Assembly (NCBI GenBank): GCA_965223155.1 | Contig: CBDCVR010000013.1 | Span: forward strand, 1 to 64,000 | Reading direction: 5' to 3' | DNA: 64,000 nucleotides | Source: Candidatus Multivoradales bacterium | GTDB taxonomy: Bacteria > Acidobacteriota > Thermoanaerobaculia > Multivoradales > JAHEKO01 | Part shown: one piece after another, positions 37,301 through 45,135 of the stretch | Numbering within the stretch: position 1 is the stretch's first letter | Layout of the letters: every line of letters starts with the position of its first letter | The notes under the pieces: generated by a model | The model's database searches: none | Told to the model about the DNA's origin: nothing | What the model saw: only the letters and a program-made list of their open reading frames with translations | Translations under genes and position numbers: made by a program

Positions 37301-40300
37301 CGGGACTATGGACTTGCGCTCGGAGAGATCCAAGCGATCATCGACAAGATCAATGACAATGGCGACTACGTCCAAGGCAGTGAGGGGATCGCCAGGTCCA
37401 AGAGCCGGCTCAAGCACCTGGCGCCGGTTGCTCCCGCCCAAGAAGGCATCGTCGGCTCGAGCTCGCCGAACTTTGCGCTGTTCTCCAGCGGGACTCCGTG
37501 TCCCGGGTTCTCGGCGAACCAGAAGTGCGGACTTGCTGCTCCAAACGGCAAGGAGTTCGTTGTGTACGCTGAACAGGGTGTCCAAGTCTGTTCGCTGACC
37601 GTGGGCTCGTCGTACCTGGCCTCTTGGAAGAATCCGTTTGCGAACGGGTACTTTCTCGAAGACATCAAGCGGGACGGCGTTTCCAACTGTGAGACCTTCG
37701 GCTACCCGCAGGCGGCGGGAGACTTCGCGGTCCTGCATTTGACCCGCCTCGAGAATCCGCCTTCAGCTTCGATCGCAGCGTTCCGGGCCGGGCAAGAGCT
37801 TCCGGCTCCGGTCAAGATCTCCACCCGCCAGCAACTGGATCTCTACGGTAGCGATTCGACGACCGATCCGTTGACCTATGCTTGGGAGTTTGGCGACGGA
37901 CACGCGGGCCCGGCCGAAGAGCAAGTGGATCACATCTACGAAGAGCCAGGTGTGTACGTGGTCGAGCTCGAGGTAACCGATGACGATGGCCAGACCGCTT
38001 TCGCCGAGCTAGAGATCACCGCGGTCGATGGTCCGGTCGCGACCTTCGTCACGAGTCCGCGGGCGGAAGGGGGGGTGGTTACGGTGCTCGACGGCGATGA
38101 GGTGGGCTTTGACGCGACGTACTCGACGAGCGATCCGCTGCACCCGATCGTCTCCTACGAGTGGGATTTTGGTGACGGAACGGCAGCTGACGGTGCGGCG
38201 CTGGCGGAGACGACACATACTTTCGTCGTCGGACCGGGTGTGAGCGAGACGAGCTATACGGTGGGATTGAGGGTCCGAGACGACTTGGATGCGGCCTCCG
38301 ATCTGGAGACGGTCGTCGTGCGAGTCCAGCTGGCCCCGGCAATCGTTGTCCAGCCGCAGGACGCTACGGCCACCGAGGGCGAAACAGTGAGCCTCTCGTG
38401 TGTTGCGACTGGCGCGCCGCCGCTCGTCTATCGGTGGCTGAAGAATGATGAAGAACTCTTGGATGGTGTCGGGGTCTCGGGCGCGGGTACCGCGACGTTG
38501 ACGCTAAGCGCGCTCGAAGAGCCAGACTCCGGACGATACCGGTGCCGCGTCGAGAACCCCGTTGGCGAAGCCGAGTCCGAGGAAGCTGAGATGTCCGTCG
38601 GTGCTGCGCCTACGATCGTCACTTCGCCGGTCACGATCGAGACGAACCGGGGTGGAGAGGCCGATCTCCGCTGCTGGGTCGAGGCGGCCGAACCGCTGAC
38701 CTGGCAGTGGTACAAGGACTCTGCAGCCGCTGCCGACGGAGGTCCGATCGCGGGAGTTGACAGTCAGACCCTTCGGATTACGAACGCCGATGGGCTGGAG
38801 GCCGGCGAGTACTACTGCTCCGTCTCGAACCCACTAGGATCCATGACGTCCGGGATCTTTACCGTTCGCCACATTCCCTGGAAGGCCTACCCGATCGCGA
38901 CGATCTCTTCCGAAGGCTTCACCAACACGGCCGAGACCGAGCCGATTCACGAGGCGCTGAACGACCAGGAGAATCTGGCGACATCGACCGCCGATGACGG
39001 CGTGTTGGATTCGCTCCGGGTGGGGATGGCCGCGGTGGACGATCCGAACACCGACTACGGTCACGAGGTCTATGTCTGGGGCAACGCGCTCGATGCGGCG
39101 ACGTGTGCCATCGAGGTGAGGCTCTCTCAAGGCTCGATCGAGCTGGCCTCGGGGAGTCTGGTGCTGGAGGACGAGGCCACGAGCGAGGACGGTTGGGTGC
39201 GGTTGGAGGTCCCGGCCGAGGCCGCGGCCAACATCAGCGACTACGGCGACGTCCAGATCGAGGTCGAGAAGATCCACGATCCGGCCAATGTCTGCCGGGC
39301 CGAGCTCGAGCGCATCGTCTTCCGGGTGCCGCCGTCGCCGACGCCGGTGGAGATCGCCGTGCCGGTGGCTACGGAGTCGAACGAAGGCTTCAGCGCAGAG
39401 CCGATTCATGAACAACTGGACGACGCGGACAACGTCGCGACGTCCACGGTCGCGGACGGTACGTTGGATGCCTTCGTGGTGCGGATGGGCGCGGTGAGCG
39501 ATCCGGGGGTGGATGAGGGGCATGTGGTCAGGGTGTGGGGCGCGGCTCTCGATGCGGAGCCTGTGGAGGTTCGGCTGAGCCTCTATCAGGGGCCGGCGCT
39601 TCTGGCGACTCTGGATGTCTCGTTCCCCTCGTGGACGAAGGTGGTACGGATCGAGTTACCGACGGCGCTCGCGGCGCTGATTACCGACTACACGGATCTA
39701 AGGCTGGGTGTCGAGAAGACCCACGCCGGCGTCAACGGCTCGGACCGGCGCGTCGAGATCCGGAAGATCGAGTTCGAGGTGCCGATTCCGCCGGCGATCA
39801 CGCAGCACCCTTCGGGTCAGACGATCGGGGTGGGGCAGACGGCCAACTTCACTTGTGCCGCCTCCGGTTCGGAGTCGCTGGTCTACCAGTGGCAGAAGGA
39901 CGGCGTGGATCTGGTGGACGGCGGCTCGATCTCGGGTGCCGAGACCGAGAGTCTCACCATCACGAACGCCCAGCTTGCCGATGCCGGCGCCTACCGGTGC
40001 GTGGCGATGGAAAGCGATGCTTCGGCGTACTCGGACGAGGCTGTCCTGGACGTGGGCGTGCCGCCGGCGATTACGGCCGATCCGGAGCCCGCGACGGCGC
40101 CGCTGGGAGGTCAGGCCAGTTTCTCGTGCTCGGCGACGGGCAGCGGTACGTTGGCGTACTTGTGGTTCCAGGATGGGGTCGGTCTGGTGGATTCGGCCCG
40201 GATCTCGGGAGCCTCGACGCCGACGGTGACGATGACCGATCTCGAGGCCGGGGATGTGGGTGAGTACTCGTGCCAGGTGGCGAGCCCGTACGGCTCGGCC

Positions 40301-42484
40301 GTTTCGGCGACTGCGAGTCTCTCGGCCGGGGCCGCCCCGACGATCACTCAGCAGCCGGCCGCGACGTCGGTCATCGCCGGCGGGGACGTCGGGTTCGCGT
40401 GCGCGGCAACCGAGGACGCCGGCGGGACGATCGCGTACCAGTGGCAGAAGGATGGCGTGGATCTGGTGGACGGCGGGTTGATCTCGGGGGCGACGACGGC
40501 GTCGCTTGCGATCGTCAACTCGGATGCCTCGGTCGAAGGCGACTACGCCTGCGTGGCGACGGGGACGTTTGGTTCGACGGCTTCGGATGCCGCGGCGCTG
40601 ACCTTCGAATGGTGGCGGGCGTATCCGATCGCGAAGATCTCATCGTCGAACTTCCACCCGTCGCCCCAGGACGAGCAGTTGGATGACCTGACGAACATCG
40701 TCTGGACCCGGGACTATGTCGGACAGACGAGTAGCTGGGGCGAGGGTTTTACGGTTCGGATGGCTCCGTTGCCCGATCCGGACACGGACCTGGGCCACGA
40801 GGTCTGGATGTTGGCGCGCTGGCTGAAGTCGGCAACCAGTGTTCAGGTGAAGCTAGTGCAGAACGGTTCGTCGATCGGCTGGAAGTACGTCAATCTGGGG
40901 AGCTCGTTTACCTGGGTCAAGTGGTCGGTGCCGGCCCAGACGGCAGCCAACATCACGGACTACTCGGATCTTCAGCTTCAGGTCAACAAGTACCACTGCT
41001 GTGGGCCCAACTCCTATGCCGACAGCCGTGTCGAGATCAAGGCCCTGGAACTGCGGATCCCACAGCAAACGGATCCCGTGCAGCGAGTCCTGCCGATCGC
41101 GACAACGGCCAACGACGGGTTCTCTCCGACGCCGCTCCACGAGAACCTACAAGACGAGGGCGCGGGAGTCACGAGCACGACGAGTAACGGCACCCGCGAC
41201 TATTTCAATGTCCGGATGGCCCCGATGGTGGATCCGATGACGGATTCTGGTCACGTGCTCCGGATTACGGCGAAAGCCGTCCACAAGGAGCCCGTGACCG
41301 TGCGCGTCAAGCTCATCGCCGGAGGCGTGACCACGGGACTTGGTAACTATCCGTTCAATTTCGCTCCGTCGGTCTTGCGTATCGCGGTGCCGGCTTCGGC
41401 CGCCGCGACGATCACCGACTACTCGGACGTGGTCGTCCAGGTGTACAAGTTTCATGAGATCTATGGCAACAACTGGGACCGGGCGCCGGAGATTCAGAAG
41501 ATCGAGTTCGAGGTGCCGTATCCGGACCTGACGATCACGCAGCATCCCACCGGGCAGACGGTGGGTTTGGGTGAGACGATCTCGATGAGCTGCTCGGCGG
41601 CGAGCGCCTGGCCGGTGAGCTACGCGTGGAAGAAGGACGCAGCGCTCCTGGGCGGCGGCGGCCGGATCGCCGGGGTCGCGACCCAGACGCTGACGATTAC
41701 GGACAGCCAGGTCGGCGATACCGGCTCCTACACCTGTGTCGCGACCGATCAGTCCGGCTCGGTCGAGTCGAATCCGGCGCTGGTGTGGTCGGGCACGGCG
41801 CCTCCGGGATCGTGCGGCGCGACCACGGGCATCGTCTCGTGGCTGGTCGGGGACCGCGGCATCACGAGCTCGGCCGGCGACGTCTCGCTTTGGGGCGATC
41901 AGTCGAGCCTGGGCAACGACGCGAGCCAGCCGGCTTCCGGGGTCCAGCCTTCGGTAGGTGCGGCCCTCAACGGACGCGGTACGGTGTTCTTCGATGGGAC
42001 GGATGAGTATCTGGATCTCCCGGCAATGGCCAGTCACTTCACCAACGGTGGCGAGCTGTTCGTTGTCATGAAACATGCGAGCGCGGCGCCTTCGCAGCCA
42101 AAGTCCCTGTTTCCTGTCGACCTCAACTCAGGAAATTTCATCCCGCACTTTGTCTGGTCGAACGGATACGCGTACGACGGCTTCCTGTCGACCGTTCGAA
42201 AGGTCCCGGGGAATCCTACTCACGACATCAGCCAATGGCGGGTCGTCAACATTCGCTCTCAAGACGGCGAGTATGCCTTTGAGATTGACGGGAGTGTTCT
42301 GCATGCGACAGCAACGAACACCTTTGCGGTCCCGAGGACGGCGGCACGAATCGGTCGCGGTGGGTACCATTCGAACTACTACTTCAACGGCAACCTGGCC
42401 GAGATCTGCCTCTTCAACCGGGTCCTGACCGCCGGGGAGCGGGCCGCGACGCTCGGGTATCTCCAGAGTGAGTGGGGGCTCTAG
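34394..42484 (+). CDS. Giant secreted multidomain protein (2696 aa): 5x NBR1-Ig-like, glycoside-hydrolase-like (DUF6298-like) barrel, 2x PKD, 6x Ig I-set, 4x unassigned repeat, C-terminal LamG/ConA-like
   Basis: Signal peptide; repeated M(K/R)NxGxxxW..L.AP..FG; NPRYL..GAHSW..FEVSNE..DTDH..WKAFLRG; WEFGDG/WDFGDG; C..W.K.G..D.G.Y.C Ig motifs; FNGNLAEICLFNRVLT. Start trimmed from 34187 to the RBS-supported ATG. Confidence 0.9.
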   Translation: MGNGGLDIASRKAAPRRWGTFLAGFVILAASALGLVSPAAAANVARPVYDAPDDLPDDMMCGDSVSGYVRMKNKGQPWKRLADGGAGQRLTTADNPLVKAGTRVYKLKAGTTVRRGKVYDFPVTLTAPEHSNYTTFVEYTAVWEMGLPDGSTFPHPYEHTVRVWCPRRTQNNAIVVGHNLPGSVPCGETVGESGDLWVEMKNVGGRTWRPRRKKGDGQHLYTPDNPFHPEVSIPLPVNTTVQPLETHRFPVRLTAPEAYGVHDVTFRMRPHKGKPFGEELPWTLTSQCANNDAQFVETKTTVPATMSCGAEGDYHVAFLNTGDTRWKKGKYSLRLFDGPFGTKNLKVRGQDVRPTRDRRFPVRLVAPSENGTHTTTWRMHTGAGVPFGEATTLSIDVTDCQEPEPLDAAPVPSGIDFPSTMQCGSTYPATLTMRNTGTKNWKERKPHHRLRPVAGKNDRFWRRIRMVKLPDGVVVGENGTHPFEMTLSAPILDPSEPEVMNLSTSWTMVEVREDETEAFGTPYGQDIEVVCLDYDSEEVKKNASVQVAPGGSIRFVIEVKNSGRRNWVTPELRDISGTFVKRSYGGTVASQGSHVFGFTRTAPSAIGTYATQWQIWEPTAGLFGAVISIQVTVSEGSSEVGSCTGGGSAAKLPRLGILGFNPRYLTQDGNAAYVLTGAHSWSVVQKHERMNKLEGYMSKLRGKGHNFTRGWYWEDCFYDPIPYSASQYKCMDPGKSFLPTADEPGNGYNQAYADLLKARLNEAADNDLYMSTMLFQGWSLPISLRKEEGGVDGWARNPYRKEFADGRALHSDGILDEQIYYANYILNQTKGCTNTFFEVSNESVVTGQVAGEKWQRLVVTEIKKKICGQKPCLAWASCWFGASNTALIGTGADLVSFCGNDPDSPDWAGGDAVLIFDTDHVDAENPNPKRAWKAFLRGQHPILMDLETEDLVWYKPGQNFPNQTQKNGSRDYGLALGEIQAIIDKINDNGDYVQGSEGIARSKSRLKHLAPVAPAQEGIVGSSSPNFALFSSGTPCPGFSANQKCGLAAPNGKEFVVYAEQGVQVCSLTVGSSYLASWKNPFANGYFLEDIKRDGVSNCETFGYPQAAGDFAVLHLTRLENPPSASIAAFRAGQELPAPVKISTRQQLDLYGSDSTTDPLTYAWEFGDGHAGPAEEQVDHIYEEPGVYVVELEVTDDDGQTAFAELEITAVDGPVATFVTSPRAEGGVVTVLDGDEVGFDATYSTSDPLHPIVSYEWDFGDGTAADGAALAETTHTFVVGPGVSETSYTVGLRVRDDLDAASDLETVVVRVQLAPAIVVQPQDATATEGETVSLSCVATGAPPLVYRWLKNDEELLDGVGVSGAGTATLTLSALEEPDSGRYRCRVENPVGEAESEEAEMSVGAAPTIVTSPVTIETNRGGEADLRCWVEAAEPLTWQWYKDSAAAADGGPIAGVDSQTLRITNADGLEAGEYYCSVSNPLGSMTSGIFTVRHIPWKAYPIATISSEGFTNTAETEPIHEALNDQENLATSTADDGVLDSLRVGMAAVDDPNTDYGHEVYVWGNALDAATCAIEVRLSQGSIELASGSLVLEDEATSEDGWVRLEVPAEAAANISDYGDVQIEVEKIHDPANVCRAELERIVFRVPPSPTPVEIAVPVATESNEGFSAEPIHEQLDDADNVATSTVADGTLDAFVVRMGAVSDPGVDEGHVVRVWGAALDAEPVEVRLSLYQGPALLATLDVSFPSWTKVVRIELPTALAALITDYTDLRLGVEKTHAGVNGSDRRVEIRKIEFEVPIPPAITQHPSGQTIGVGQTANFTCAASGSESLVYQWQKDGVDLVDGGSISGAETESLTITNAQLADAGAYRCVAMESDASAYSDEAVLDVGVPPAITADPEPATAPLGGQASFSCSATGSGTLAYLWFQDGVGLVDSARISGASTPTVTMTDLEAGDVGEYSCQVASPYGSAVSATASLSAGAAPTITQQPAATSVIAGGDVGFACAATEDAGGTIAYQWQKDGVDLVDGGLISGATTASLAIVNSDASVEGDYACVATGTFGSTASDAAALTFEWWRAYPIAKISSSNFHPSPQDEQLDDLTNIVWTRDYVGQTSSWGEGFTVRMAPLPDPDTDLGHEVWMLARWLKSATSVQVKLVQNGSSIGWKYVNLGSSFTWVKWSVPAQTAANITDYSDLQLQVNKYHCCGPNSYADSRVEIKALELRIPQQTDPVQRVLPIATTANDGFSPTPLHENLQDEGAGVTSTTSNGTRDYFNVRMAPMVDPMTDSGHVLRITAKAVHKEPVTVRVKLIAGGVTTGLGNYPFNFAPSVLRIAVPASAAATITDYSDVVVQVYKFHEIYGNNWDRAPEIQKIEFEVPYPDLTITQHPTGQTVGLGETISMSCSAASAWPVSYAWKKDAALLGGGGRIAGVATQTLTITDSQVGDTGSYTCVATDQSGSVESNPALVWSGTAPPGSCGATTGIVSWLVGDRGITSSAGDVSLWGDQSSLGNDASQPASGVQPSVGAALNGRGTVFFDGTDEYLDLPAMASHFTNGGELFVVMKHASAAPSQPKSLFPVDLNSGNFIPHFVWSNGYAYDGFLSTVRKVPGNPTHDISQWRVVNIRSQDGEYAFEIDGSVLHATATNTFAVPRTAARIGRGGYHSNYYFNGNLAEICLFNRVLTAGERAATLGYLQSEWGL

Positions 42485-42643
42485 CCCGGACGTCTCACGT
42501 CGTCAGGCTCAGGAAGCCGTGGGGCACCGCATCTGCTGCGGTATCCAGGCGCTGCGCTCCTCAACGTAGCTTTCGCCGGCCTGCGATGCTCACGCCTGGA
42601 TGCCCTGCATCTTCAGCCTGATGGGGTGAGACGTGCAGGCTAG
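42481..42643. repeat. Palindromic REP/MITE-like element
   Basis: Nested inverted repeats: CTAGCC/GGCTAG, ACGTCTCAC/GTGAGACGT, TCAGGCT/AGCCTGA, GGTATCCAGGCG/CGCCTGGATGCC; lies between convergent genes. Confidence 0.65.
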
Positions 42644-42705
42644 CGGACGTTCTCGGCAGGGTTTGGGTCGCAGGCGATGGCGTCGGACCGGTCCCGTGCC
42701 GCCCG

Positions 42706-44256
42706 CTATCTGAGCGCCCGCTTCAGGATCTTGCCGGTCGGCCCTTTGGGGAGCTCGTCTAGGATCTCGACCAGGCGCGGGTATTTGTAGGCGGCGAGGC
42801 GCTCCTTGCAGTAGGCGACGAGGTCGTCGGCGCTCGGCCGCTCGCCGTCCCTGAAGGCGACGACCGCTTTGACCTCCTCGCCCAGCCGGTCGTCGGGCGC
42901 GCCGATGACGGCGGCTTCGAGGATGGCGGGGTGGGCGTAAAGGATCTCTTCGATCTCGCGCGGGTAGACGTTGAAGCCGCCCCGGATAATCATGTCTTTC
43001 TTGCGATCCACGATGAAGTAGTAGCCGTCCTCGTCCCGGGTGGCGATGTCGCCGGTGTGGAACCAGCCGTCCACGATGGACTCGGCGTTGGCCTCGGGCC
43101 GGTTGAAGTAGCCCTTCATGACGTTGTGGCCCTTGATCAGGATCTCGCCGGGCGTGTCGATTTCCTCGACGATCGAGCCGTCGTCGGCCTCCAGCCGGAA
43201 CTCGACGCCGTGGATCGGGATGCCGACCGAGCCGGCCTTCTTGGGGCGGTCCAGAACGTTGAACGAGGCCACCGGCGAGGTCTCGGACAGGCCATAGCCT
43301 TCGAGGATGTTGACGCCGTATTTCTCGTCAAACGCGGTCATCACCTCGACCGGCATAGCCGCGCCTCCCGAGATACAGAACTGGAGGCTCGAGAGATCGT
43401 AGCTGTCGGCCTCCGGATGATGGAGGAGAGCGAAGTACATGGTCGGCACGCCGCCGAAGAAAGTCACCCGGTGCTCTTGCATCAGCTCCAGCGCCGCGGT
43501 GGGATCGAAGCGCGGCAGCAGAATGACCGTGCCGCCGACCGCGAGGGTGGCGGTCAGGATGACGCTCTGGCCGAAGCTGTGAAAGAGGGGCAGGGCCGCC
43601 AGGGCGACGGTGTCCTCGGGCAAGGGCAAGAGCTTGGTCGAGGTGTAGTAGGCGTTGAAGAAGGAGTTGAAGTGGGTGAGCTCGGCACCCTTGGGACGCC
43701 CCGTGGTGCCCGACGTATAGAGGATGACGGCGGTGTCGTCGGGCATGGTGGGTTCGATCTCGGTGAGCGGGTCGGCCTCGGCCAGGAGGGTCGAGAAGTC
43801 CTCGGTGGTCTCCGGGGGCTGAGACCCGGCACCGGCATCCGCGCCCGCGGGCTCGCCCTGGGGGCGGACGGCGACCAAGAGCCGGCAACCGTCCGCGTCC
43901 GCGACCGCCTCCGATGCCGGCTCGAGGCAGTCGAGCCAGGCGACCAGCGCCACGGCCTGGGAGTCTTCCAGGTGGTAGTGGATCTCCTCGGCCTTGAGGA
44001 GGACGTTGAGGGGCACCACGACCGCGCCGGCGTAGAGAATCCCGTAGTAGGCGATCGCGAATTGGGGCACGTTCGGCACCAGGAGAGCTACGTGGTCGCC
44101 GGGCGCGACCCCCCGCTGCCGTAGCGCTCCCGCGAAGGCTTGGGCCGAGCCGTGGAGCTCGCGGTAGGACAGCCGCGCGTCACCGAGAACGATGGCGGTC
44201 TTGTCCGGAACCCGATGGGCCGAGTCGCGGAGCAGTTGGGCCAGGTTGAGACTCAT
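42706..44256 (-). CDS. Long-chain fatty-acid--CoA ligase (FadD-like)
   Basis: YTSGTTGRPKG, EGYGLSET, FHTGD, DRKKDMI, PKGPTGKILK. Confidence 0.93.
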   Translation of the reverse strand: MSLNLAQLLRDSAHRVPDKTAIVLGDARLSYRELHGSAQAFAGALRQRGVAPGDHVALLVPNVPQFAIAYYGILYAGAVVVPLNVLLKAEEIHYHLEDSQAVALVAWLDCLEPASEAVADADGCRLLVAVRPQGEPAGADAGAGSQPPETTEDFSTLLAEADPLTEIEPTMPDDTAVILYTSGTTGRPKGAELTHFNSFFNAYYTSTKLLPLPEDTVALAALPLFHSFGQSVILTATLAVGGTVILLPRFDPTAALELMQEHRVTFFGGVPTMYFALLHHPEADSYDLSSLQFCISGGAAMPVEVMTAFDEKYGVNILEGYGLSETSPVASFNVLDRPKKAGSVGIPIHGVEFRLEADDGSIVEEIDTPGEILIKGHNVMKGYFNRPEANAESIVDGWFHTGDIATRDEDGYYFIVDRKKDMIIRGGFNVYPREIEEILYAHPAILEAAVIGAPDDRLGEEVKAVVAFRDGERPSADDLVAYCKERLAAYKYPRLVEILDELPKGPTGKILKRALR

Positions 44257-44322
44257 GACATGCCTCCCGGCGGGTCCGGTCTCGGAGAACGGGACGCGCG
44301 GCGCCCCGTCGCTGTTGTTTCC

Positions 44323-44952
44323 CTAAGCTCCAGCCCCGCTTTGAGCGCGGTTTCGATACAAGTCGGGATCGACTACGGTCGCCATTTTGTCAACATCCAG
44401 GTCCAGCGCCAAGAAGTCACGAATCCTGCGCGCCTGGGCCAGGGGATCGGCCAGGACGTCCGAATAGCGCACCTCGATCCACTCGAAATGGGGCTGGCGC
44501 CGAAGCTGGTACTGGGCCCGCCACAGATCGCTCTCGAAGAGCTCCTTCATGCGCTCGTCCTCAGTGGTGGAATCCTCGCCGCGCCGGTCCAGCATCTTGG
44601 CCTGAGAGGCGAGCACTTCATCCAGCTCGCGGCGCATGAAGACCACCCGATAGTTGTTGTCGGCGGGAAGCGAGCGCAGCAGATTCGAGATGACCTTGAT
44701 GCCCTGGCCCCTGCTGGCTCGCACCCAGGCCTTGTCCTCCATGTTGTGGAGGTCCTTGACGCGCTCGTCCTCGTAGTAGCCCTTGGGATTGTCCTCGTCG
44801 GCCGAGCGCAGGCCGTCGGTGATGAGCGGCAGGCCGCCGGCCTCGAGCATCTTCATGGTCATCGAGGTGCCGGATCGGGGCAGGCCCGAGACCACGACGA
44901 CCGGTTTCCCGTACCGGATCGCCCGGTAGATCTTCTGGAAAAAATTAGGCAT
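44323..44952 (-). CDS. Sulfotransferase family protein
   Basis: VVSGLPRSGTSM (PAPS-binding P-loop), NPKGYYE, FMRR..EVLASQ; start trimmed from 44991. Confidence 0.82.
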   Translation of the reverse strand: MPNFFQKIYRAIRYGKPVVVVSGLPRSGTSMTMKMLEAGGLPLITDGLRSADEDNPKGYYEDERVKDLHNMEDKAWVRASRGQGIKVISNLLRSLPADNNYRVVFMRRELDEVLASQAKMLDRRGEDSTTEDERMKELFESDLWRAQYQLRRQPHFEWIEVRYSDVLADPLAQARRIRDFLALDLDVDKMATVVDPDLYRNRAQSGAGA

Positions 44953-45135
44953 TTTCAGTTTTCCCGAGTCGGTATAAGATTTTGGTTGCACGCGGGGCGA
45001 TCGATCGAGTCGCTGCTACCGAGTCCCGGGTGCGAACCCCCGAACATCTCGATCCGCACATCCCGGCTCGCATCATCTAAGGCCGATCGCGAGCTCCGCC
45101 CCGAATTGCGAAGACTATCCCGAGTCCCTGTGAGA

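Noticed and set aside
44140-45135. 1083-aa version of the first AlkP protein
   Set aside because: The first ~330 aa are the antisense shadow of the sulfotransferase gene.
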